Assembly: GCA_028868335.1 (NCBI GenBank)
Contig: JAGWUU010000001.1
Span: forward strand, 1-44,600
Direction of reading: 5' to 3'
Origin: Sphingomonadales bacterium
GTDB taxonomy: Bacteria > Pseudomonadota > Alphaproteobacteria > Sphingomonadales > Sphingomonadaceae
DNA: 44,600 nt
Part shown: positions 10,225 to 17,721 of the stretch, piece by piece
Position numbering within the stretch: the first letter of the stretch is position 1
Layout of the letters: each line of letters starts with the position of its first letter
Notes under the pieces: generated by a model
What the model was told of the DNA's origin: nothing
Database searches by the model: none
Seen by the model: only the letters and a program-made list of their open reading frames with translations
Program-made: the position numbers and the translations under genes

Positions 10225-10878
10225 TCAGCGATAGAATACGTGGTTGTCCACCCGCGCGAGGCGAGTGAGGCGCCAGCCCGGCGCGACGTAGGCGGCATGG
10301 AAGAACAGCGCGCCTTCCGCCTGGCTCTTCCATGTACCGGCATGCGCTATCTGGGCGATCGCGACGGCGTTCTTCCACTGGCGCGAGGCCTTGGAAACCG
10401 CAGGCATGGTGTTGCCGTGGATGAAAGAGAACTGCGAGCGCTGAAAGACAACGCCGCAATAGGAATCGGGGAAGCGCCCCGACTTCGAGCGGGCGACGAT
10501 CACCCGGCCGACGGCAAGCTGCCCGGCAAGCGATTCGCTTTTGGCTTCGAAATAGATCGCGCCGGCGAGGCAGTTAAGCTCGCGCGGAAGCTCGGACAGC
10601 TTCGGCTGGGCGCTGACCAGTGCGGCGAGCGACGTGGCACGCGGCGCAACGGCATCGGAAGCCGCTTCATCACCGGCGTTCGGCACGGTGCCGTCGGTGA
10701 TAGCGGCCGGCGCCTGCGGCGTCGTGACCAGGATCGCGTGCTGAGGAGTCGGTTCCTGAATGACAGCTCCGGCCGGATTGGCCTGTGCTGCGGCGCCCGA
10801 ACCACCGGCGCTGAAAACAATCGTCAATGTCATCGCGGCCACGGCAATCGCACTGGCCCGGTTAAGCTTACGGCTCAT
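10225..10878 (-). CDS. SleB-like cell wall hydrolase (Hydrolase_2)
   Basis: CLAGAIYFEAKSE..GQLAVG.VI..R, FP..CGVVFQ.SQFSF, ALFFHA, HVFYR; N-terminal signal. Confidence 0.9.
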   Translation of the reverse strand: MSRKLNRASAIAVAAMTLTIVFSAGGSGAAAQANPAGAVIQEPTPQHAILVTTPQAPAAITDGTVPNAGDEAASDAVAPRATSLAALVSAQPKLSELPRELNCLAGAIYFEAKSESLAGQLAVGRVIVARSKSGRFPDSYCGVVFQRSQFSFIHGNTMPAVSKASRQWKNAVAIAQIAHAGTWKSQAEGALFFHAAYVAPGWRLTRLARVDNHVFYR

Positions 10879-11071
10879 TCAATCAACAAATCAGGCGGTG
10901 GGCGCGCCCGCACAGGGAAGGGGAACCTGGCGACCCGTTAGGGTTTATGTTCCTGCCGAATCCCTGTCGGCTGCCCCCCGTCTGCGTGCTAGCGCGATGG
11001 GCCTCGATGCCCCCCGCGCCGCCTGCGCACAAACAAAGGTGGGGGCGTCTAGATTCCGCAGTGCAGCAAAG
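10879..11071 (-). ncRNA. Candidate structured 5' leader RNA upstream of the cell-wall hydrolase
   Basis: Four nested helices (10892-98/11019-25, 10912-18/10961-67, 10922-26/10949-53, 10933-36/10941-44); TTGACT -35-like element at 11075-11070 on the minus strand. Confidence 0.45.
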
Positions 11072-11413
11072 TCAACCTTCGGTTCCTGTCAATCCGATGA
11101 ACCGTTCACCATTCGCGATATCCAGTTCAATGATCCACAGGTCGCCGTCCTGACGGCCGCGACGGTATAGATATTCTGATAATTTTTCTTTATTATCAGT
11201 ATCTTGAAACGGAATTTGGTGCCATTTCCGTTGCCCATCCAGGCTGGGCATGCGTTCAAAAAGCCTCCCGTTTGTGCCGCTTTGGATGGTTAACACGAGA
11301 ATCGTGCCCGCCTCGCGTTCACCTTTTCTGAGAACCGCGGCAAAACCGCCCGCGGCTTCGACCGCCCGGATAAGTCCGGCAACCTCAAGATGAGCGGGAA
11401 GGCGCGGCTCCAT
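11072..11413 (-). CDS. DUF1491 family protein
   Basis: RLPAHLEV..LIR, GFAAVLRKGEREAGTI, QDGDLWIIELD; typical position after ptsN. Confidence 0.85.
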   Translation of the reverse strand: MEPRLPAHLEVAGLIRAVEAAGGFAAVLRKGEREAGTILVLTIQSGTNGRLFERMPSLDGQRKWHQIPFQDTDNKEKLSEYLYRRGRQDGDLWIIELDIANGERFIGLTGTEG

Positions 11414-11433
11414 CGCCCGGCACCGTGCCGCGA

Positions 11434-11895
11434 TCAGGCCGCGTCGCGGTCGATCGAATTGGCGAGCAGCCCGTAAAGGGCTTCGGCCCCCGGCGCTTCG
11501 GCAAGCGCAGCATGCATCTGCTCGTCGCGCATCATCCGGCTGATCGCCGCGAGCGCGTGGAGGTGCGCCGCGCCAGCCTGTTCGGGCGAAAGCAGGCCAA
11601 ATATCATGTCCACCGGCATCCCGTCGGCCGCATCGAACGCGACCGGAGAATCGAGTCGGAAAAACACCGCCACCGGTCGCCCCAGATCCGGCAGTCGGGC
11701 ATGAGGAATGGCAACGCCGCGACCGAAGCCGGTGCTGCCCAGCTTCTCACGCTCCTCGATCCGCTCAAGCACGAGCACCGGGTCAAGCCCGTAAACCTTG
11801 GCGAACCGTTCGGACAGCCTGGTCAGAATCGCCTGCTTGCTGTCTGCATCGATTGTGCCGACAGCTTCCGGCAGCAAAGTGAAAAGCGTGGTCAT
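11434..11895 (-). CDS. ptsN: PTS IIA(Ntr)-like protein
   Basis: REKLGSTGFGRGVAIPHAR phospho-His motif; FDAADGMPVD; follows hpf. Confidence 0.92.
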   Translation of the reverse strand: MTTLFTLLPEAVGTIDADSKQAILTRLSERFAKVYGLDPVLVLERIEEREKLGSTGFGRGVAIPHARLPDLGRPVAVFFRLDSPVAFDAADGMPVDMIFGLLSPEQAGAAHLHALAAISRMMRDEQMHAALAEAPGAEALYGLLANSIDRDAA

Positions 11896-12019
11896 CGGTT
11901 GGAACTGAACCCACAAATTGGCGGGGCGAGAATGTAGCATGGAAGAAATGCAGCAATCGCCACATTCGTTCCCATGAATTCCTGCCCCCGGAAAACAGCG
12001 CGGGCCATTAGCCTGTGCG

Positions 12020-12586
12020 CTAGGAAGGTTCAACCCAGCCGATGGAACCATCTCCGCGGCGGTAAACCATATTGTGTCGCCCGGTGCCAGCGTTTTTGAA
12101 AAGCAGGGCGTTGGTGTTGCGCAGATCGAGCATCATCACCGCATCCGAAACGGTTGCTTCGGGCACATCGACGCGGGTTTCGGCAATCACCACCGGCGCG
12201 GCGGCGGTGATTTCCTCGGCCGCCTCATCGGGTTCGACAAACACCGTGTAGGCCGCCTCTTCGGCGCGCAGCGCGTGGGCGCTGGCTTCGTGGCGATCCT
12301 TGATCCGACGCTTGTACCGGCGCGATTGCTTGTCGATCTTTTCGGCGGCCTGATCGAGCGCAAGGTGTGCATCCTGCGCGATACCCGCGCCCTTCAGAAC
12401 CAGCCCCTGCATCACATGGGCGACGATATCGCAGCGAAAGGCCCCAGCCGGCGCACGGTTGAACGTGACGGTGCTGAACAGCGCCTGGCCAAAATACTTG
12501 TCGATGATGGTCGAGATGCGATCCTGGGCATGGACCTGCAGGGCTTCCCCGGTTTCGATCTGGTGGCCGGAAACGCGGATATCCAT
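12020..12586 (-). CDS. hpf: Ribosome hibernation promoting factor (long HPF)
   Basis: MDIRVSGHQIETG, KIDKQSRRYKRR, C-terminal NMVYRRGDGSIGWVEP. Confidence 0.93.
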   Translation of the reverse strand: MDIRVSGHQIETGEALQVHAQDRISTIIDKYFGQALFSTVTFNRAPAGAFRCDIVAHVMQGLVLKGAGIAQDAHLALDQAAEKIDKQSRRYKRRIKDRHEASAHALRAEEAAYTVFVEPDEAAEEITAAAPVVIAETRVDVPEATVSDAVMMLDLRNTNALLFKNAGTGRHNMVYRRGDGSIGWVEPS

Positions 12587-12621
12587 GTGTTACCTTCTCC
12601 TGTATCAACCCCGATCCGGTC

Positions 12622-13308
12622 TCAATCGCCCCACAGGGGCGCCTTGACCGTTTCGAGAAAGGCGGCATGCGCCGCCAGTTCCGCCTCGCTTGGTCCGTGC
12701 GGCCGGGCAGGGCGGAACGGACGCTCGCGGCGAATGGTCGTGGTGGCAGCGGCAACGATCCCGTCGGCCGCATCGGCCGCAAGTTCGAGGCCGATCTGGC
12801 GGCCACCGGTAAGCTCGACATAGACCTGCGCCAGCAGTTCGGCGTCAAGCAGCGCGCCATGCTTGGTGCGGTGGCTGCGATCAATGCCGTAACGGGTGCA
12901 CAGCGCGTCCAGCGAGTTCTTGGCGCCGGGGTGCCGGGTGCGGGCGATCGCCACGGTGTCGATCATCCGGGTGCGGCTGACCGGATCAAGCCCACAGCTT
13001 TCCAGCTCGGTGTTGAGAAAGCCGAAATCGAACCCGGCGTTGTGCGCCACCAGCATCGAATCGCCGAGAAATTCCAGCAGTTCGGGCGCGCGTTCATGGA
13101 AGCGCGGTTTATCTGACAGGAACGCGATCGACAGGCCATGCACTGCTTCGGCGGCAGCGGGCATATCGCGATCAGGATTGAAATAGGCGTGGAAGGCGGC
13201 ACCGGTCTGAACGCGGTTGACCATTTCGATACACCCGATCTCGACCAGCCGGTCACCGGTCTTTGGATCGAGACCGGTGGTTTCCGTGTCGAAGATGATT
13301 TCTCGCAT
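12622..13308 (-). CDS. dnaQ: DNA polymerase III epsilon subunit
   Basis: MREIIFDTETTG, AHNAGFD, HGALLDAELLA exonuclease motifs. Confidence 0.95.
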   Translation of the reverse strand: MREIIFDTETTGLDPKTGDRLVEIGCIEMVNRVQTGAAFHAYFNPDRDMPAAAEAVHGLSIAFLSDKPRFHERAPELLEFLGDSMLVAHNAGFDFGFLNTELESCGLDPVSRTRMIDTVAIARTRHPGAKNSLDALCTRYGIDRSHRTKHGALLDAELLAQVYVELTGGRQIGLELAADAADGIVAAATTTIRRERPFRPARPHGPSEAELAAHAAFLETVKAPLWGD

Positions 13309-13356
13309 TGGCTTTACTATCGTCCTCTCGCCGCGGCGGCGCAAGGGGGAAGGACG

Positions 13357-13962
13357 CTATTTTTCGGCCCCGGCAAGACGGTGGACCAGCCGTTGCACCG
13401 CGTGCCGCGTCTCGGCCAGCGAGGCGCCTGTATCGATCACGTAATCGGCGCGCGCGCGCTTGTCGGCATCGGGAACCTGGAGCTTCAGGATGTGCTCGAA
13501 CTTGTCGATGGTCATGCCCGGACGCGCAAGCACCCGCTCGCGCTGGGTCGGGGCGGGCGCGGAAACCACGACCACCGCATCAAGGCCATGCGATCCGGTC
13601 TTTTCATAAAGCAGCGGGATGTCGAACACGATCAGCGGTGCGGCGGAATTTTCGGCAAGGAACGCCCGGCGCATCCCGGCCACTTCGGGATGGACGATCG
13701 CCTCTAGCCGACCGAGCGCCTCGGGATTGCCGAACACCGCGGCGCCAAGCTTTTGCCGGTCGACCCCTTGCGGACCGGTCGTGCCGGGAAAGGCCCGTTC
13801 GATCGGTTCGACACAGGCCCCGCCGGCGCCCTGCAATTCGTGCACCGCCTTGTCGGCATCGAACACCGGCACGCCCAATCCCTGGAACATCGCCGCGACG
13901 GCGGACTTGCCCATGCCAATCGAGCCGGTGAGGCCGAGGATGAATGGGCGGCCCTTGCTCAT
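13357..13962 (-). CDS. coaE: Dephospho-CoA kinase
   Basis: [12 protein letters not shown]-loop, DAD, DIPLLYE. Confidence 0.95.
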   Translation of the reverse strand: MSKGRPFILGLTGSIGMGKSAVAAMFQGLGVPVFDADKAVHELQGAGGACVEPIERAFPGTTGPQGVDRQKLGAAVFGNPEALGRLEAIVHPEVAGMRRAFLAENSAAPLIVFDIPLLYEKTGSHGLDAVVVVSAPAPTQRERVLARPGMTIDKFEHILKLQVPDADKRARADYVIDTGASLAETRHAVQRLVHRLAGAEK

Positions 13963-14813
13963 GCCAGCAGCAGCGCGCGCAATTCGTGATCGGCATTCCT
14001 CGGTGCCTCGGCCCCGTAGAAACGCCGGAATGCCTCCCGCGCCTGTCCGACCAGCATTTCCAGCCCGTCGTGCGTCCGCAAGCCCCGCGCCGCCGCCGCG
14101 CGCAACAACGGCGTATCATGCGGGTGAGTGATGATGTCATAGACGATGGTATCATCACGCAAGGATGCGACATCAAGGGGAAGCGGCGGCATTCCCGCCA
14201 TGCCGAGCGACGTGGCGTTGGCAATCACCCTGCTGTGTTCGGCCAGCGTCTGCGCCTCACCCCAATCTGCGGCGACGACTTCGCAGCCGGCCAGCGTTTC
14301 GGACAGGTCGTCAAGCAGACGGACGGTGCCTTCGGCGGTGCGATTGACCACGGCGATCCGTCGCGCGCCAAGCCCGACCAGTCCGGCGATGACTGCCGCC
14401 GCCGCACCGCCCGCGCCCAGCACCGTGACCTGCTCGCCGGCGAGGTCAAGCCCGACCAGCGGTTCGACAAAGCCGGGCAGGTCGGTATTCTCGCCCGTCA
14501 GGCTACCGTCATCCTCGACTATCACGGTGTTTACCGCACGCAGCGCCCGCGCCGCCGGGGTGTGATGATCGACCAAGTCATAGCAGGCTCGCTTATGCGG
14601 CATTGTTGCCTGGACACCGGCGAAGCCAAGCGCGACCATGCCGCGAAAGGCGCGGGCCACTTCGCCCGGACGCACCGGCAGGCGGATGTAGTGGCCGTCG
14701 ATCCCCAGTTTCCTGAGCCAGAATTCATGGATGAGCTGCGATTTCGATTGCGCCACCGGCCAGCCGATCAACCCGGCAAGCAACGGCAGGGGGCGATCTT
14801 CCCGGCCAGTCAC
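13959..14813 (-). CDS. aroE: Shikimate dehydrogenase
   Basis: [43 protein letters not shown]. Confidence 0.93.
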   Translation of the reverse strand: MTGREDRPLPLLAGLIGWPVAQSKSQLIHEFWLRKLGIDGHYIRLPVRPGEVARAFRGMVALGFAGVQATMPHKRACYDLVDHHTPAARALRAVNTVIVEDDGSLTGENTDLPGFVEPLVGLDLAGEQVTVLGAGGAAAAVIAGLVGLGARRIAVVNRTAEGTVRLLDDLSETLAGCEVVAADWGEAQTLAEHSRVIANATSLGMAGMPPLPLDVASLRDDTIVYDIITHPHDTPLLRAAAARGLRTHDGLEMLVGQAREAFRRFYGAEAPRNADHELRALLLA

Positions 14814-15397
14814 GATTCAAGCACTCCCAGGTCGCGCAGCGCGCCGAGTACCGGCAGCAGGGGCATTCCAAGCACGGTAAAATGACTTCCTTCGATCCGT
14901 TCAAACATCTGCACTCCCATGGCCTCGATCCGGAACACTCCGACGCATCCGGCGACGGCGGGCCATTCGCGGGTCAGATATTCGGCGATGAACGCTTCGC
15001 TCATTTCGCGCACCGCCAGTTGCGCGACATCGCCGCCGCGCCACAGCACGATGCCGTTGCGAACCAGTGCGGCGGCGGAATGGAGCCGCATCACCTTGCC
15101 GGAAAAGAACCGCAGGTGGGCCGCGGCATCCTCGCGGCTGGCGGGCTTGTCAAAGCGGCGGCCCGCAACTTCGACCAGTGAATCGCTGCCCAGCACAACG
15201 GCGCCGGGGAGATCCTCCGATACGGCCAGCGCCTTCGCTTCGGCGAGGGACAGGGCAATGGTATCCGGCCCGGCGCCAGCAAGCGACGCTTCGAGCGCCC
15301 GTTCGTCTATTCTGGCTGGAACGCTGCGATACGGCACGCCCGCCGCAGTCAGCATCTCGCGGCGGGAGGCGCTCTGCGAGGCGAGTACCAGCGTCAC
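14810..15397 (-). CDS. maf: Maf nucleotide pyrophosphatase
   Basis: [25 protein letters not shown]. Confidence 0.92.
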   Translation of the reverse strand: MTLVLASQSASRREMLTAAGVPYRSVPARIDERALEASLAGAGPDTIALSLAEAKALAVSEDLPGAVVLGSDSLVEVAGRRFDKPASREDAAAHLRFFSGKVMRLHSAAALVRNGIVLWRGGDVAQLAVREMSEAFIAEYLTREWPAVAGCVGVFRIEAMGVQMFERIEGSHFTVLGMPLLPVLGALRDLGVLES

Positions 15398-16224
15398 GCC
15401 GTCATCCCTTCGCGCCCAACATGGAATTCATTGTAGAGGTTGATGATCGCGGCGGCGGCTTCTTCGATCGAACGGCGGGTAACATCGATTACCGGCCAAC
15501 CGTTATCGGCGAACATCCGCCGAGCGAACTGCACTTCCCGGGCGACGCGGTCCGCATCGACATAGGCCGTTTCGGGTGCCTGGTTCAGCGAGAGCAGCCG
15601 ATTGCGGCGGACCTGGATCAAGCGCTCGGGCGCCGTGGTCAGTCCAACCACCATCGGGTGCTTCAACCCGAACAGTGCGGGCGGGGGCGGGCTTTCCACC
15701 ACGATCGGAATGTTGGCGACCTTGTAGCCGCGGTTGGCGAGATAGATCGAGGTCGGCGTTTTCGAACTGCGCGACACTCCGGCAAGAACGATGTCCGCCT
15801 CTTCCCAATCCTCCCACGCCACCCCGTCGTCGTGGGCAATGGTGTAGTGGATGGCATCGACCCGGGCGAAATAGGCGTCGTCCATCGCGTGCTGGCGTCC
15901 GGGCCGTGCCTTGGGATGCTGACCCAAGGCACCCTCCAGCGCGTCGACCGCCGCATCGAGAACCGGGACGATCGGCAGCCCGAGAGTACGGCAATGCTCC
16001 TCGAGCCGGGTGCGGGTTTCGGCATTGACCAGGGTGAAGAACACAACGCCGGGATTGCTGGCAATCTCGCCCATGATCCGGTCGAGGTGTTGCTGCGAGC
16101 GAACCATCGGCCAGAAGTGGCGCATCACCTCAGCCCCTTCGAACTGCGCAAGTGCCGCCTTGGCGATCATCTCAAGCGTTTCGCCGGTTGAATCCGACAG
16201 CAGGTGCAGGTGCAGGCTCGGCAT
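15394..16224 (-). CDS. ppsR: Pyruvate,water dikinase regulatory protein (kinase/pyrophosphorylase, DUF299)
   Basis: [41 protein letters not shown]; flanks alphaproteobacterial oriC. Confidence 0.92.
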   Translation of the reverse strand: MPSLHLHLLSDSTGETLEMIAKAALAQFEGAEVMRHFWPMVRSQQHLDRIMGEIASNPGVVFFTLVNAETRTRLEEHCRTLGLPIVPVLDAAVDALEGALGQHPKARPGRQHAMDDAYFARVDAIHYTIAHDDGVAWEDWEEADIVLAGVSRSSKTPTSIYLANRGYKVANIPIVVESPPPPALFGLKHPMVVGLTTAPERLIQVRRNRLLSLNQAPETAYVDADRVAREVQFARRMFADNGWPVIDVTRRSIEEAAAAIINLYNEFHVGREGMTA

Positions 16225-16543
16225 GGCGAAGCGGGAATGGGACCCCTGTGGAAGAACGCTGCATAAACCACGGGACAGGTCGTGGCACAAGTTCGGGAAG
16301 GAATTCACTACCCGCTACCCGTGACTCCCGCCTGGGGTTTTGGACATGGGGACAGTGTTTCCCACAGGCTGGGGATAGCGGGGACACTATCTCCTTGACC
16401 CGGATAGTCCGGGATTCGGATTTGCGCCTGCCCCTGTTCAGCCCGGTACAAATCGGGCAAGGGCGCTTCATCCCCGCTTTCCACAGCCCAACAGCTACCA
16501 TAATCCTTTTAGAATCTATCTTGTTTTGAATTGGAATAGAGCG
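16225..16543. other. oriC: Chromosomal replication origin (oriC)
   Basis: Between divergent DUF299 and hemE genes as in Caulobacter Cori; DnaA-box-like 9-mers at 16247-55, 16347-55, 16358-66, 16370-78, 16468-76, 16477-85; AT-rich stretch 16500-16539; GANTC at 16323, 16413, 16512. Confidence 0.85.
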
Positions 16544-17569
16544 ATGCCCGGTTTGCTCCTTCGTACCCTGCGCGGCGAAAATACCGCCGAGCGGCCAGTC
16601 TGGCTGATGCGTCAGGCCGGACGCTACCTGCCCGAATACCGTGCTTTGCGCGCGCAGAAGGGCGGGTTCCTGGCGCTGGTTTACGATGCGGAAGCTGCGG
16701 CTGAAATCACCCTTCAACCGATCCGCCGGTTCGGCTTTGACGGCGCGATCCTGTTCTCCGACATCCTGATCGTTCCCTATGCCATGGGACAGGACCTGGA
16801 ATTCCTCACGGGCGAGGGGCCGCACTTGAGCCCCCGCCTGGCCGACGCGGCATTGTCCGCCCTTCACGCCGTGCCGGCCCGGCTTGCTCCGATCTACGAA
16901 ACGGTCAAGCAGGTGCGCGCCCAGCTTCCCGGCGACCGGACCCTGCTGGGCTTTGCGGGGAGCCCGTGGACCATTGCGACCTACATGGTGAACGGCGAGG
17001 GTAGCCGCGACCAGCACGAAACCCGCGCCATGGCCTATCGCGATCCGGTGGCCTTCCAGGCCATCATCGATGCGATCGTCGCGGTGACCGTTGATTACCT
17101 TGCGGGACAGATCCTTGCCGGGGCCGAAGCGGTTCAGTTGTTCGATTCCTGGGCGGGAAGCCTCGCGCCGGCCGAATTCGAGCGCTGGGTGATAGCTCCG
17201 ACCGCGCGGATCGTCGCCGCCCTGCGCCAACGCTTTCCCCAGGTTCCGGTGATCGGTTTTCCCAAGGGCGCGGGGGAAAAGCTGGTCGCCTATGCCCGTG
17301 AAACGGCGGTCGATGCCGTGGGTATCGACGAGACGATTGATCCGCTGTGGGTCGCGCGCAGCCTGCCGGACGGACTGCCCGTGCAGGGCAACCTTGATCC
17401 ACTGCTGCTGCTTGCCGGTGGAGCCGAACTGGAACGCCAGACGCTGCGCATTCTCGATGCCTTTGCCGATCGCCCGCATGTTTTCAATCTTGGCCACGGC
17501 ATCGGACAAACCACCCCGGTCGAACACGTCGGACACCTGCTTGCGCTGATTCGCAACTGGCGACGCTGA
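16544..17569 (+). CDS. hemE: Uroporphyrinogen decarboxylase
   Basis: PVWLMRQAGRYLPEY, AILFSDIL, FDSWAG, QGNLDP, VFNLGHGI. Confidence 0.96.
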   Translation: MPGLLLRTLRGENTAERPVWLMRQAGRYLPEYRALRAQKGGFLALVYDAEAAAEITLQPIRRFGFDGAILFSDILIVPYAMGQDLEFLTGEGPHLSPRLADAALSALHAVPARLAPIYETVKQVRAQLPGDRTLLGFAGSPWTIATYMVNGEGSRDQHETRAMAYRDPVAFQAIIDAIVAVTVDYLAGQILAGAEAVQLFDSWAGSLAPAEFERWVIAPTARIVAALRQRFPQVPVIGFPKGAGEKLVAYARETAVDAVGIDETIDPLWVARSLPDGLPVQGNLDPLLLLAGGAELERQTLRILDAFADRPHVFNLGHGIGQTTPVEHVGHLLALIRNWRR

Positions 17570-17721
17570 ACCGCCAACCTGTTGCATAGTTGCACCTTTT
17601 TGACGGACAAATTCGCCTAGCGGTCAATCCTGCGTTGCCCAATCACCACTTAACAGCCACAATCTCGCGCTGTTCAACAGCTCGAAAAAGGGCGGGCGCA
17701 ACCGACGATGGGAGTCGATCA

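Noticed and set aside
10912-10985. GGGAA...GCTGCCCCC resembling a cobalamin riboswitch core on the plus strand
   Set aside because: Lacks the GCAACTGT and B12-box elements, and faces away from the downstream gene
10879-11071. Possible 6S, SRP, RNase P, tmRNA or raiA-motif RNA
   Set aside because: No signature sequences of these RNAs; 6S synteny (zapA/ygfA) absent; raiA motif is known from other phyla and the region is not adjacent to hpf
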